Below are positions 19,555 through 30,329 of a stretch of DNA of 55,057 nt, one piece after another; the first letter of the stretch is position 1; every line of letters begins with the position of its first letter. The DNA is taken from positions 1 through 55,057 of the forward strand of contig JAZOWG010000201.1 in the NCBI GenBank assembly GCA_045659105.1, read 5' to 3'. The notes beneath the pieces were generated by a model. That model ran no database searches and had not been told where the DNA came from. It saw only the letters and a program-made list of their open reading frames with translations. This DNA comes from Acutalibacteraceae bacterium (GTDB lineage: Bacteria; Bacillota; Clostridia; Oscillospirales; Acutalibacteraceae). The position numbers and the translations under genes were made by a program.

Positions 19555-19561
19555 AATATTA

Positions 19562-21340
19562 TCAGTTAAGGCTGTTTCTGAGGTTTTCAAGCTCGTTCTT
19601 GAGAGTTTCGGGAAGCTTGTCACCGAATCTGCCATAGAACTCTTCGATACCGGGAATTTCGCCCTTCCAGAGGTCGTTATCAACAACAAGGATTGATTCA
19701 AGAGTTTCCTTGGAAACCTCGTCTTCAATACCTGTAAGGTCAATATCATCAGCAAAGGGAACGTAACCGATAGCGGTTTCTCTTGCGTCAACCTTGCCTT
19801 CGCAACGGTCAAGAATCCAGTTAAGAACTCTGAGGTTGTCACCGAAGCCGGGCCATAAGAAGTTACCTTCGTCGTCTTTTCTGAACCAGTTTACGTTGAA
19901 GATCTTGGGAGCCTTTTCGGGATCAAGAGTCTTACCAACATTAATCCAGTGCTGCCAGTAGTCACCCATATTGTAGCCGCAGAAAGGAAGCATAGCCATG
20001 GGGTCACGACGAACAACACCTACTGCACCGGCAGCTGCTGCTGTTGTTTCGGAAGCCATGATTGAACCTACGAATACACCGTTGTTCCAGTCCTTTGACT
20101 GATATACGAGGGGAGCAAGCTTTGCACGTCTGCCACCGAATACGAATGCGGAAATCGGAACACCCTGAGGATTCTCGAATTCGGAGCTGAGGCAGGGACA
20201 ATTTACAGCGGGAGCTGTGAATCTTGAGTTGGGATGAGCACCCTTGATTTCGCTGGTCTTGCCGTTCCAGGGATTGCCGTTCCAATCCTTTGCATTTTCG
20301 GGAGGATTCTTGTCGAGACCTTCCCACCAAACAGTGTTGTCATCAAGGTTGTGAGCAACGTTTGTGAAGATTGTACCCTTCTTTGTGGAGAGAAGAGCGT
20401 TGGGGTTGGACTTCATATTTGTACCGGGAGCAACACCAAAGAAGCCGTTTTCGGGGTTGATAGCATAAAGTCTGCCGTCTTCGCCCTTACGGATCCAGGA
20501 GATATCGTCACCTACGCACCATACCTTGTAGCCTGCCTTCTGATATCCTTCGGGAGGAATAAGCATAGCAAGGTTGGTCTTACCGCAAGCTGAGGGGAAT
20601 GCAGCACAGATGTACTTTGTTTCACCCTGGGGATTTTCAACACCGAGGATGAGCATGTGCTCTGCCTGCCAGCCTTCCTTCCAGCCCTGGTAAGAGGCTA
20701 TACGGAGTGCGAAGCACTTTTTGCCGAGAAGAACGTTTCCGCCGTAACCGGAGTTAACGGAGATAATTGTGTTGTCCTGAGGGAACTGACAGATCCATCT
20801 CTTTTCGGGGTCGATATCACACTTGCAGTGGAGACCGCGAACCCAGTCCTCGGAATCGCCGAGAACATCGAGAACGGACTTGCCTACTCTTGTCATGATA
20901 GCCATGTTAAGAACAACGTAGATAGAGTCGGTAAGCTCGATACCGGCCTTGGAGAACTTGGAGCCTACGGGGCCCATGGAGTAAGGAATTACATACATGG
21001 TTCTGCCCTTGTAAGAGTCCTTTGCGATGCTGTAAAGCATTTCGTAGCATTCGCCGGGCTCCATCCAATGGTTTGTGGGGCCTGCCTCTTCCTTTGTGGG
21101 GGTACAGATAAGAGTTCTGTCCTCAACACGGGCAACGTCTGTGGGATGTGTTCTGTGAAGATAGCATTCGGGAAGAAGTTCTTCATTGAGCTTCTCCATT
21201 TCACCTGTTGAGCATGCTTCTGCTCTTAAAGCATCAATCTGCTCCTTGGAACCGTCAATCCAGACGATTCTGTCAGGCTTTACGAGTTCAACTTTTTCTT
21301 CAATCCAAGAAAGAATTGACTTGTTTGTTGTAAGTGACAT
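19562..21340 (-). CDS. pck: Phosphoenolpyruvate carboxykinase (GTP)
   Basis: 592 aa with typical GTP-PEPCK blocks: AAFPSACGKTN (kinase-1a P-loop), WCVGDDISW and FNVNWFRKD. Confidence 0.95.
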   Translation of the reverse strand: MSLTTNKSILSWIEEKVELVKPDRIVWIDGSKEQIDALRAEACSTGEMEKLNEELLPECYLHRTHPTDVARVEDRTLICTPTKEEAGPTNHWMEPGECYEMLYSIAKDSYKGRTMYVIPYSMGPVGSKFSKAGIELTDSIYVVLNMAIMTRVGKSVLDVLGDSEDWVRGLHCKCDIDPEKRWICQFPQDNTIISVNSGYGGNVLLGKKCFALRIASYQGWKEGWQAEHMLILGVENPQGETKYICAAFPSACGKTNLAMLIPPEGYQKAGYKVWCVGDDISWIRKGEDGRLYAINPENGFFGVAPGTNMKSNPNALLSTKKGTIFTNVAHNLDDNTVWWEGLDKNPPENAKDWNGNPWNGKTSEIKGAHPNSRFTAPAVNCPCLSSEFENPQGVPISAFVFGGRRAKLAPLVYQSKDWNNGVFVGSIMASETTAAAAGAVGVVRRDPMAMLPFCGYNMGDYWQHWINVGKTLDPEKAPKIFNVNWFRKDDEGNFLWPGFGDNLRVLNWILDRCEGKVDARETAIGYVPFADDIDLTGIEDEVSKETLESILVVDNDLWKGEIPGIEEFYGRFGDKLPETLKNELENLRNSLN

Positions 21341-21388
21341 TTGATTCTCTCCTTATATTAGAAAAATTTTCAAATCAAAAATATTATA

Positions 21389-22408
21389 TTATATTGTTAC
21401 ATTTTTGTCAATATCTAATGCCGCAGTTGCATTAAGTTTTAAAGAAGCAATTTTACCGTTGAGATATTCGTAATACGCCTGTGAGCCGACCATTGCAGCG
21501 TTGTCTCCGCAGTACTTTAGTTCCGGAACAAATAGCTCGATGCCGTTTTTATCAGCAAGCTTCTTCATTTCCCGTCGTAAAACAGAATTAGCAGAAACTC
21601 CGCCTGCAAGTACAAGTCTTTCAGGGTGTATAATATCAATAGCCTTCTGTGTTCTGTCACAGAGAATACTGACAACACAGGAAATATATGAGGCTCCGAT
21701 ATTTTTTACATCGATCTCCTCGCCTTTTTGTGTCAGATTGTGAACAAGATTGATTACTGCAGTCTTAAGTCCTGAGAAGCTGAAATCAAGCTCTGAGCCC
21801 TGAATTTTCGGTGACGGGAACTTATAAGATGTCGGGTCGCCGTCTGCTGAAACCCTGTCCATATTGAGTCCTCCCGGATACGGAAGTCCCATAGTCCTTG
21901 CGGCTTTATCCATAGCTTCGCCTGCAGCATCATCACGTGTTCTTCCGATAATTTCATAATCGGTATAAGATTTTACGTTAATGAGGTGTGTATGTCCGCC
22001 TGAAACTACAAGAGCAAGAAAAGGCGGCTTCAGCTCAGGATGTGTTATGTAATTGGATGCGATGTGGCTCCTTAAATGATGTACGGGAATAAGAGGCTTT
22101 CCCGTGCTGTAAGAAAGTCCCTTTGCAAAATTTACGCCTACAAGAAGTGCACCGATAAGTCCGGGTGCATAAGTGCAGGCAACGGCATCTATATCATCAA
22201 TAGTAAGCCCTGCTGAATTCAGAGCCTCACGGCATACCCCGGAAATTGATTCGCAGTGTCTGCGGGAGGCGATTTCGGGTACTACACCGCCGTACAAAAT
22301 ATGCTCGGGAACCTGAGATGCTATAATTGAGGAGAGCACTTCCCTGCCGTCTCGGACAACTGCAGCTGCTGTATCATCGCAGGAGGATTCTATAGCGAGA
22401 ATATTCAA
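21389..22408 (-). CDS. tsaD: tRNA N6-adenosine threonylcarbamoyltransferase
   Basis: It has MNILAIESSCDDTAAAV, VSGGHTHL and AGGVSAN motifs. Confidence 0.95.
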   Translation of the reverse strand: MNILAIESSCDDTAAAVVRDGREVLSSIIASQVPEHILYGGVVPEIASRRHCESISGVCREALNSAGLTIDDIDAVACTYAPGLIGALLVGVNFAKGLSYSTGKPLIPVHHLRSHIASNYITHPELKPPFLALVVSGGHTHLINVKSYTDYEIIGRTRDDAAGEAMDKAARTMGLPYPGGLNMDRVSADGDPTSYKFPSPKIQGSELDFSFSGLKTAVINLVHNLTQKGEEIDVKNIGASYISCVVSILCDRTQKAIDIIHPERLVLAGGVSANSVLRREMKKLADKNGIELFVPELKYCGDNAAMVGSQAYYEYLNGKIASLKLNATAALDIDKNVTI

Positions 22409-22878
22409 TTTTCACACTCACTTTCGTTAAAATATAAGGTGTAAATACAAGCATTTTCATTGGGATGGGAATAGAAATCTTTTCGTATTCCGAGATTTAT
22501 AAATCCGAATTTTTCATAAAGCTTACGGGCATTGACATTTGATTCTCTGACTTCGAGTGTAGCGAGAGCGCAGACGGCATTTTTAAGCTTTATAATAAGC
22601 TCATTTATAAGCGATGAAGCTATGCCCTTATTTCTGTGTTTTTCTGTTACGGCAACGTTGTTAATGTAGAATTCATCGAGAATAAGCTGTCCGCTTATAT
22701 ATCCGCATAAACTACCTTCATACTTTGCCGTTAGAAAAATAACGTTTTCCTTTGAAATCTCGTTCTTTATCTGATTTTCCGACCAGGGAGAGGAAAAGCA
22801 TTCCTCCTCTATCAGATGAATTGAGTATGCATCCGCTGTGGCGGCAGGCTCTACCGTAAAATTAATCTTTTGCGTCAT
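22405..22878 (-). CDS. rimI: Ribosomal-protein-alanine N-acetyltransferase (GNAT)
   Basis: A GNAT core (VAVTEKHRNKGIASSLI) is present. It overlaps tsaD by 4 nt, in the classic rimI-tsaD arrangement. Confidence 0.85.
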   Translation of the reverse strand: MTQKINFTVEPAATADAYSIHLIEEECFSSPWSENQIKNEISKENVIFLTAKYEGSLCGYISGQLILDEFYINNVAVTEKHRNKGIASSLINELIIKLKNAVCALATLEVRESNVNARKLYEKFGFINLGIRKDFYSHPNENACIYTLYFNESECEN

Positions 22879-25483
22879 ACCAGGATTTACCGACAGCTGT
22901 ATCTGCAGAGAATAATACTCCGAGATTTACTGTGTTTTCCATTTCTTCTTTTATGATTTTTGCTACCGTTTCAGCATCATTTTCGGGCGCTTCAGCCATA
23001 AGCTCATCGTGCACCTGCATTATAAGACGAGCATCGGGACATTCTTTTTTAAGCCGTTCATAAACGTTAATCATTGCAATTTTGATTATGTCTGCAGCTG
23101 TACCCTGAATTGGCATATTTCTGGCTACTCTTTCACCGAATGCACGAAGCATTCCGTTTGAAGAAGAAAGCTCGGGAAGATATCTTCTTCTCTTGAAATG
23201 AGTTACGGAATATCCTGTTTCTTTTGCATCGGCAATGCACTTGTTGAGATAGTCATTGACCGAGGAATAAAGGGCAAGATAGGATTTAATGAATGAATCT
23301 GCTTCAGCACGGGTGGATTTGATATCCTTGGCAAGAGAGAATGCTCCGATACCGTAAACAATGCCGAAATTGACGGCTTTTGCCTTGCTTCTGAGCTCGC
23401 TTGTTACGTCTTCGGGAGCTATTCCGAAAACCTTTGAAGCAGTTACAGTATGAATATCAACACCGCTGTTGAAGGCTTCAATCATATTCTTGTCTCCCGA
23501 GAGAGCGGCAAGAACACGAAGCTCAATCTGTGAGTAGTCGGCATCTATTATAACATAACCGTCACGGGCAACGAAGAATTTTCGCATTTCTCTGCCGAGA
23601 GCGGTTCTTACGGGAATGTTCTGAAGATTGGGTTCTGTTGATGAAAGGCGCCCTGTTCTTGTTTCAGTCTGATTGAATGTGCATCTTACACGGCTGTCAG
23701 AATCTACAGCTTTAAGAAGACCCTCACAATAGGTTGAGCGGAGCTTTGACAGAGTTCTGTATTCCAGTATTTTTGATACAATAGGATATTCCTCTGCAAG
23801 GGATTCGAGTACCTCTGCATTGGTTGAATATCCCGTTTTTGTCTTCTTCTTTGCGGGAAGACCTAACTTTTCAAAGAGAATAACTCCTAACTGCTTTGGT
23901 GAATTTATATTGAATTCCTCACCTGCAAGGGTGTAGATTTCTTTTTCAAGAATTGCAATATCTGATGACAGCTTTTCGGAAAAATTTCTGATACCGTCTG
24001 TGTCAACCTGCATTCCCTCACGCTCCATTGCAACGAGAACACGTGAAAGGGGTATTTCGATATCTTTAAGAAGCTCAGTCTGCTCTCTTTCCGTTATAAT
24101 AGAATTCAGCCTGTCCGCAAGAACCTTTGTAAGAAAAACATTTTCAAAATACGACTTATTTTCTTCACAGAATTCTTTTGAAGAATTGTCTGTGAAATCG
24201 GGTGTAACTGCCTTTACGTTATATGAAAGGGCAAGAGACGGCAGAGAATAGTCAGATGAATTGACGTCGAGAAGATAGGATGCAAGCGTTATGTCAAAGA
24301 CAACGTTTTTCGGCTCTATGCCGTTATCGAAGCAGAAATAATATAACTGCTTGCAGTCAGTTGTAAATTTTTCACAGTCTGATTCAAGCGCTTTTTTTAG
24401 AAACGCAGAAAATGTAAGAGAGTTGTTTTCAACAGTAATTATTTCATCGTTTGTGATAAAAGATACTGCACTTATGAAATCACCGTCAATTAATGGATAA
24501 ATATACATTCTGTCGGTATTTTCTAATGTCGCGAAGGCTTCATCACAGGCTGCAACAGAAAATCTGACCGTTGAAACTTCAGCATTGCTGTTATCGGCTA
24601 AGGCTTTTGATTTTTCCTCTGAAAGTCCGAGTCGCGAAATTATCTTGAACATTTCGTGACGGGCAAGCTCCTTAAGCAGCAAGGAGTTGTCACGGGTATC
24701 GGTAAGATAATTTACCATAGCTGTGTCAACGGGAGCTTCAAGGCAGATTGTGCCGAGCTTTCTTGAGAAAAATGCACTGTCTTTTCCTGCTTGAAGCTTT
24801 GCTTTTACGCCTGCCGTCGCTTCAATGGCGTCTACATCGGCATATATAGCATCAATAGTTTTGTATCTTTTTATAAGCTCCCCTGCTGTTTTCGGACCGA
24901 TTCCTGCTACACCGGGGATGTTATCGGAGGTATCCCCTTGTAAGGCTTTTAATTCAATCATACCGGAGGGCTCTACACCGTATTCTTCGAATAACAGAGA
25001 CTTATCGTATTCAACGGTCTGAGTTTTTCCCATTCTCGTTGTAGTAAGAAGGACAGAAACATTGTCCTTTATAAGCTGCAACGAATCACGGTCGCCTGTG
25101 GCGATATAGCAGTGATCATTTTTTTCGATTGAAACTGAAAGTGTTCCGAGAATGTCATCTGCTTCGAACCCGGGACATTCGATAATTTTACAGCCGTAAG
25201 CAGTAAGAAGTGTTTTTAGAGGTTCAAATTGCTCTAAAAGCTCGGGAGGAGGACTTTTTCTTCCTGCCTTATATTCGTCATACATTTCGTGTCGGAAGGT
25301 AGGCTTGTGAACATCAAAAGCCGCAATAATGCTATCTGGATGATATTTTTCATCAAGTCCTAAAAGAATATTGAAAAAGCCGTAAATCGCATTAGTAAAA
25401 TGACCGTCCTTTGCATTCAGAAGCTTTATCCCGTAAAAAGCACGGTTAATTATACTGTTGCCGTCTATAATAAGATATTTCAT
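22862..25483 (-). CDS. polA: DNA polymerase I
   Basis: 873 aa with a 5'-nuclease domain (LIIDGNSIINRAFY), motif A (DYSQIELR) and motif B (RSKAKAVNFGIVYG), plus QVHDEL. Confidence 0.97.
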   Translation of the reverse strand: MKYLIIDGNSIINRAFYGIKLLNAKDGHFTNAIYGFFNILLGLDEKYHPDSIIAAFDVHKPTFRHEMYDEYKAGRKSPPPELLEQFEPLKTLLTAYGCKIIECPGFEADDILGTLSVSIEKNDHCYIATGDRDSLQLIKDNVSVLLTTTRMGKTQTVEYDKSLLFEEYGVEPSGMIELKALQGDTSDNIPGVAGIGPKTAGELIKRYKTIDAIYADVDAIEATAGVKAKLQAGKDSAFFSRKLGTICLEAPVDTAMVNYLTDTRDNSLLLKELARHEMFKIISRLGLSEEKSKALADNSNAEVSTVRFSVAACDEAFATLENTDRMYIYPLIDGDFISAVSFITNDEIITVENNSLTFSAFLKKALESDCEKFTTDCKQLYYFCFDNGIEPKNVVFDITLASYLLDVNSSDYSLPSLALSYNVKAVTPDFTDNSSKEFCEENKSYFENVFLTKVLADRLNSIITEREQTELLKDIEIPLSRVLVAMEREGMQVDTDGIRNFSEKLSSDIAILEKEIYTLAGEEFNINSPKQLGVILFEKLGLPAKKKTKTGYSTNAEVLESLAEEYPIVSKILEYRTLSKLRSTYCEGLLKAVDSDSRVRCTFNQTETRTGRLSSTEPNLQNIPVRTALGREMRKFFVARDGYVIIDADYSQIELRVLAALSGDKNMIEAFNSGVDIHTVTASKVFGIAPEDVTSELRSKAKAVNFGIVYGIGAFSLAKDIKSTRAEADSFIKSYLALYSSVNDYLNKCIADAKETGYSVTHFKRRRYLPELSSSNGMLRAFGERVARNMPIQGTAADIIKIAMINVYERLKKECPDARLIMQVHDELMAEAPENDAETVAKIIKEEMENTVNLGVLFSADTAVGKSWYDAKD

Positions 25484-25589
25484 AGGCTACATCCTTACAT
25501 ACATATTCCATAATACTATAACACAAAAAATATAAAAAGGCTACTTTATTTTTGTAAAATTTTATGTTATTATTCGTATTGGTGATAAA

Positions 25590-26555
25590 ATGATAATTGG
25601 TAATGTAAAAATTGAAGGCTTTGCGGCCCTCGCCCCTATGGCAGGAGTTGCTGATCTGTCCTTTCGTGTGATTTGTAAGGAATTCGGTGCTGCTTATACT
25701 GTCGGAGAAATGGTAAGCGCAAAGGGTGTAAGTATGAACGACAAAAAGTCGCAGGTGTTAATGAAAATTGACGAGAAAGAGCATCCTTCGGCAATACAGA
25801 TTTTCGGCAATGAGCCTCAAATTATGGCGGAAGCAGCAAAATACGCACTTTCCTACTCTCCTGATATAATTGATATAAATATGGGATGTCCTGCGCCTAA
25901 AATCATAAAGAACAAGTCGGGAAGTTTTCTTATGAAGGACCCCGTGCTTGCAGGTAAAATTACAAGGGCAGTTGTTGACGCAGTAAATATTCCCGTTTCC
26001 GTTAAATTCAGAACGGGCTGGGATGAAAAGAGTATTAACTGTGTGGAGTTTGCAAAGATAATCGAAGCAAACGGTGCCTCTTTCATAACGATTCACGGCA
26101 GAACAAAGGAGCAGATGTATGCACCTCCCGTTGATATAAACTCCATTAAAGCGGTAAAGGATGCGGTTTCCGTTCCGGTTATCGGAAACGGTGACATTTT
26201 TACTCCCGAAGATGCAAAGAATATGTATGAGCAAACGGGTGTGGACCTTGTTATGATCGGAAGAGGCTCACTCGGACGTCCCTGGCTGTTTTCACAGATA
26301 AATGATTATATGACAACCGGAAGCTACAGCCCTGAACCCTCCCCCTATGAAAGAATGGAAATAATGCTTCAGCACGCAGATGCCATATGTCAGCTCAGAG
26401 GTGTTCAGAACGGTATGTGCGAAATACGAAAACACGCTTTGTGGTATACAAAGGGGCTCAGAGGCTCTGCAAAGCTCCGAAGTGAATTCAGCGTTGTGAA
26501 GACTTATGAGGAACTGAAGCTCCTTGCAGAGAAGGTTACGGAAATTAAAGACTGA
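25590..26555 (+). CDS. dusB: tRNA-dihydrouridine synthase
   Basis: It has LAPMAGVADLSFR, INMGCPAPK and ITIHGRT motifs. Confidence 0.92.
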   Translation: MIIGNVKIEGFAALAPMAGVADLSFRVICKEFGAAYTVGEMVSAKGVSMNDKKSQVLMKIDEKEHPSAIQIFGNEPQIMAEAAKYALSYSPDIIDINMGCPAPKIIKNKSGSFLMKDPVLAGKITRAVVDAVNIPVSVKFRTGWDEKSINCVEFAKIIEANGASFITIHGRTKEQMYAPPVDINSIKAVKDAVSVPVIGNGDIFTPEDAKNMYEQTGVDLVMIGRGSLGRPWLFSQINDYMTTGSYSPEPSPYERMEIMLQHADAICQLRGVQNGMCEIRKHALWYTKGLRGSAKLRSEFSVVKTYEELKLLAEKVTEIKD

Positions 26556-26583
26556 ATATATTTAAAAATAATTAAAAAAGTAC

Positions 26584-26612
26584 TTGATTTTTTCATTTTG
26601 TTCGGTTATAAT
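26584..26612 (+). promoter_or_regulatory. Sigma-A-type promoter of tRNA-Ser(GGA)
   Basis: TTGATT (26584-26589), a 17-nt spacer, then TATAAT (26607-26612). It lies about 14 nt upstream of the tRNA 5' end. Confidence 0.7.
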
Positions 26613-26626
26613 AGCATTCGTCCTTT

Positions 26627-26718
26627 GGAGAGTTGTCCGAGTTGGTCGAAGGAGCACGATTGGAAATCGTGTATACGTCATAAGCGTATCAAGGGTTCGA
26701 ATCCCTTACTCTCCGCCA
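26627..26718 (+). tRNA. tRNA-Ser (anticodon GGA), with encoded CCA
   Basis: It folds as a cloverleaf with a GGAGAGT acceptor stem and anticodon loop TTGGAAA flanked by a CACGA/TCGTG stem. It has a long variable arm, a GGTTCGAATCC T-arm and a terminal GCCA. Confidence 0.92.
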
Positions 26719-26722
26719 CATA

Positions 26723-26750
26723 ACCGTTCACATAAGTGGACGGTTTTTTT
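26723..26750 (+). terminator. Intrinsic terminator after tRNA-Ser(GGA)
   Basis: ACCGTTCAC-ataa-GTGGACGGT followed by T7. Confidence 0.8.
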
Positions 26751-26821
26751 GTTTGATAATTTTATTGCGATGAATCTCTTTGCATAAGCGGAAATTATAA
26801 AATAATTCAGGAGGAAACATA

Positions 26822-27541
26822 ATGAATACAATAAATTTCGATTCTAAAAACACAAAGGTTGTAGCTCACAGGGGGCTTAGCGGTATTGAAAAGGAAAATA
26901 CAAATGCCGCATTTATTGCTGCCGGTAACAGAAGCTATTTCGGTATTGAAACAGACGTCCACAGAACGCTTGACGGTAAGTTTGTTTGTTTTCACGATGA
27001 TACAACGGGCAGAGTTGCTATTGACAATATGACAATTGAAGAGACTACCTTTGATACCTTAAGAAAGCTTCTTCTTACAGACAGAGACGGTGTTAAAGGC
27101 AGAGAAGACCTTAAAATACCTACTCTTAAGGAATACATTGCTACCTGCAAAAGATACGAAAAAATTGCAGTATTAGAGCTTAAAAACGAATTTGAAAAAG
27201 AAGATATTGCAAAAATCTGCGATGAAATTAAAGAACTCGGTTATCTTGAAAGTGTAATCTTTATTTCTTTCGCATTTAATAACCTTGTAAAACTTCGCGA
27301 AATTTACCCCGAACAGAAGGTACAGTTTTTAACGAGTGTTTATTTTGATGAGCTTCCTGCTCTTCTTAAAAAGCACAAATTTGATCTTGATATTCTCTAT
27401 ACTGAGCTTTCGGAAGAAAGAATTAAGCTTCTTCACGAAAACGGAATCGAGGTTAACTGCTGGACCTGTGACGACAAGGAATGGGGCGAAAGTCTCGCAA
27501 AGTGGGAAATTGACTACATTACTTCTAACATTCTTGAATAA
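26822..27541 (+). CDS. Glycerophosphodiester phosphodiesterase
   Basis: It has the GDPD motifs VVAHRGLSGIEKENT and GIETDVHRTLDG. The RBS is AGGAGGA. Confidence 0.88.
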   Translation: MNTINFDSKNTKVVAHRGLSGIEKENTNAAFIAAGNRSYFGIETDVHRTLDGKFVCFHDDTTGRVAIDNMTIEETTFDTLRKLLLTDRDGVKGREDLKIPTLKEYIATCKRYEKIAVLELKNEFEKEDIAKICDEIKELGYLESVIFISFAFNNLVKLREIYPEQKVQFLTSVYFDELPALLKKHKFDLDILYTELSEERIKLLHENGIEVNCWTCDDKEWGESLAKWEIDYITSNILE

Positions 27542-27559
27542 TTGAATATATAAAAAATC

Positions 27560-27581
27560 GGGGAGTCCTTTGGGACTCCCC
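27560..27581. terminator. Bidirectional terminator between the GDPD and ATPase genes
   Basis: GGGGAGTCC-tttg-GGACTCCCC, flanked by A6 upstream and a T-rich tract downstream. Confidence 0.85.
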
Positions 27582-27592
27582 TTCTTGTTTAA

Positions 27593-30289
27593 TTAAGCTT
27601 CTTTGTTTTTGGAGATTGCTCTCTGAATTGCCTTCATTATTTCAACTGCGGGAATAATGAGAACTGAGAGACCGAGAGAAATGAGGTAAGCCTTCATATC
27701 AAGGTGAGCAAAGCCGAAGAGATTTGAAAGGAAATCAATTTCGACTACAGCCGTTGTAAGAAGGAATGAACCAATCATAGCAGCGTAAAGAGCTACGTTG
27801 TGGTGTCCCTTGAATATCATAGCGATAGAAGAGCCTCTCTGTGAGCGCATATTGAAGGAATGGAAGATTTCACACATAGCCATTGTGAAGAATGCCATTG
27901 TCATACCTTCAGAGCTATCGGGAATGTTTCTGAAAACAAGGTGACCGGTTTCAAGGAATTCACCGATGTAGAAAGCGGCAATTGTAAGAATACTTACGAG
28001 AACACCCTGGTATGCACAGTCAAAGCCGAGACCGCCTGCGAAGATTCCGTCATTCTTGCTTCTGGGTTTTCTTCTCATAATGTTATTTTCGGGCTTTTCA
28101 AGACCGAGTGCAAGTGCGGGAATACTGTCTGTAACAAGGTTAATGAAAAGAAGGTGGGGAGCTTCAAGAATTGTAAAGCTCATTATTGTTGCAAAGAAGA
28201 TTGAGATAACCTCGGAAAGGTTTGAGCCGAGAAGGAACTGAATAGCCTTACGGATATTGTCGTAAATTCTTCTGCCCTCGCCTACTGCGGAAACAATTGT
28301 TGCAAAGTTGTCGTCTGTAAGAACCATGTCTGCAACGTTCTTTGTAACGTCAGTACCTGTAATACCCATACCGACACCGATATCGGCACTCTTGATAGAG
28401 GGAGCATCGTTAACACCGTCACCGGTCATAGCGGTAACATAGCCCTTGCTTCTCCATGCATTAACGATTCTTGTCTTGTGCTCAGGCTGAACACGAGCGT
28501 AAACAAAGATGTTTTCTACAAGCTTTTCGAACTCTTCGTCTGTATACTTATCGATATCAGCGCCCATCATAGCCTGGCTGTCATCAGTAAGAATACCGAG
28601 TTCCCTTGCGATTGCCTTTGCTGTATTGATGTGGTCGCCCGTAATCATAATGGGAGTGATACCAGCACCGCGGCATTCTACGATAGCATCCTTAACCTCG
28701 GGACGGACAGGGTCAATCATACCGGTAAGACCGATGAAAATCATATCGTATTCGAGAGCTTCGGATTCATATACTGTGGGTTCTGTGCTGTATTCCTTGA
28801 ATGCAACTGCAAATACACGAAGAGCCTTGTTACCCATTCTTGTATTTTCTTCTGCAGCCTTTGCTCGGATTTCGTCATTGATTTCAACAACCTTACCGCC
28901 GACGAGTGCACGGTTACACTTTTTGAGGATTTCGTCGGGAGCGCCCTTGGTATACTGAACGTACAAGCCGTTTGCGGAGTGTACGGTACTCATCATCTTT
29001 CTGCCTGAATCGAAGGGAACTTCGCCGACTCTGGGCTGTGCAGAGGTAAGATCAGCCTTAGTAAGACCGATTGATTTAGCATAGTTGATAAGAGCAACCT
29101 CATCGGGTTCGCCTGTGCCCTTGCCGTTTTCGTCAACCTCTGCATTTGTGCAGAGAGCCATAGCTGTAGCAAGAACCTTTTCGTCCTCTGCATAGTGGTC
29201 AACAACGGTCATTACGTTCTGAGTAAGTGTACCTGTTTTATCAGAGCATATAATCTGAGTACAGCCGAGAGTTTCAACTGCATTCATTTTACGGATAATT
29301 GCGTTCTTTTTCGACATATTTGTAACACCGATAGAAAGAACGATGGTCATAACCGCAACAAGTCCCTCGGGAATAGCGGCAACTGCAAGAGCGATAGCTG
29401 TGATGAAGGAGTTAAGAGCTACCTGATAGAATTCCTGTGTGCTTCCTGTAATGAAGTACATTGCGATATTGTAACCGAAGATAATTACACAAACTGCAAG
29501 TACAAGCTTTGTAAGAATCTTGGAAAGCTGTTCAAGCTTGATTTCAAGAGGAGTCTTGCCCTGCTCTGCAAGTGCGATAGCATTGGCAATTTTACCCATT
29601 TCTGTGTTCATACCGGTTGCTGTAACAACTGCCTTACCGCGTCCGTAAACAAGAGTTGAGCCCATATAAGCCATATTCTTACGGTCGCCGAGGGGTACCT
29701 CGTCGGAATTGTTCTTGCCCATAAGAGCATTTACAAGCTTTGTAACGGGAACGGATTCACCGGTCAGGGCTGCCTCTTCAATCTTCATGCTTGCACATTC
29801 GAAGATACGGCAGTCAGCGGGAATTGCGTCACCTGCATCAAGCAGAATAACGTCACCGACAACGAGGTCTTCGCTCTTTATGGTTTCTACCTTACCGTCA
29901 CGTAATGTTTTGGTTGTTGCCGCAGACATCTTCTGAAGAGCTTCAACTGCCTTTTCTGCCTTATTCTCCTGAATAACACCGAGAAGTGCGTTAATGAGAA
30001 CAACTGCAAGAATAATGCATGTATCTGTGGGGAAGAAGCTGTGACCGGCATTGGTTGCTTCAATGTATTCTGTAACTGCGGAAATTGCAGCAGCGATTAT
30101 AAGAATGATAATCATAGGGTCCTTCATCTGATCGAAGAACTTTTTAATCATAGAATCCTTCTTAGCTTCTGCGAGCTTGTTTTTGCCGTTCTTCTGTAAG
30201 CGGCTTTCTGCTTCAGCTGTGCTTAAACCCTGAGGGGATGACTGAACGTCAGTAAATACAGCCTCAACGTTTTCCAGATAGTGCTTCAT
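27593..30289 (-). CDS. P-type (type IIA-like) cation-transporting ATPase, Ca2+/Mn2+-type
   Basis: 898 aa with the TGES actuator, the CSDKTGTLT phosphorylation site, PEGL in M4, and the TGDHINTA and TGDGVNDAP hinge. Confidence 0.92.
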   Translation of the reverse strand: MKHYLENVEAVFTDVQSSPQGLSTAEAESRLQKNGKNKLAEAKKDSMIKKFFDQMKDPMIIILIIAAAISAVTEYIEATNAGHSFFPTDTCIILAVVLINALLGVIQENKAEKAVEALQKMSAATTKTLRDGKVETIKSEDLVVGDVILLDAGDAIPADCRIFECASMKIEEAALTGESVPVTKLVNALMGKNNSDEVPLGDRKNMAYMGSTLVYGRGKAVVTATGMNTEMGKIANAIALAEQGKTPLEIKLEQLSKILTKLVLAVCVIIFGYNIAMYFITGSTQEFYQVALNSFITAIALAVAAIPEGLVAVMTIVLSIGVTNMSKKNAIIRKMNAVETLGCTQIICSDKTGTLTQNVMTVVDHYAEDEKVLATAMALCTNAEVDENGKGTGEPDEVALINYAKSIGLTKADLTSAQPRVGEVPFDSGRKMMSTVHSANGLYVQYTKGAPDEILKKCNRALVGGKVVEINDEIRAKAAEENTRMGNKALRVFAVAFKEYSTEPTVYESEALEYDMIFIGLTGMIDPVRPEVKDAIVECRGAGITPIMITGDHINTAKAIARELGILTDDSQAMMGADIDKYTDEEFEKLVENIFVYARVQPEHKTRIVNAWRSKGYVTAMTGDGVNDAPSIKSADIGVGMGITGTDVTKNVADMVLTDDNFATIVSAVGEGRRIYDNIRKAIQFLLGSNLSEVISIFFATIMSFTILEAPHLLFINLVTDSIPALALGLEKPENNIMRRKPRSKNDGIFAGGLGFDCAYQGVLVSILTIAAFYIGEFLETGHLVFRNIPDSSEGMTMAFFTMAMCEIFHSFNMRSQRGSSIAMIFKGHHNVALYAAMIGSFLLTTAVVEIDFLSNLFGFAHLDMKAYLISLGLSVLIIPAVEIMKAIQRAISKNKEA

Positions 30290-30329
30290 TGGGGTGACTC
30301 CTTTACAAATTTCTATTTTTCAGAGCAAG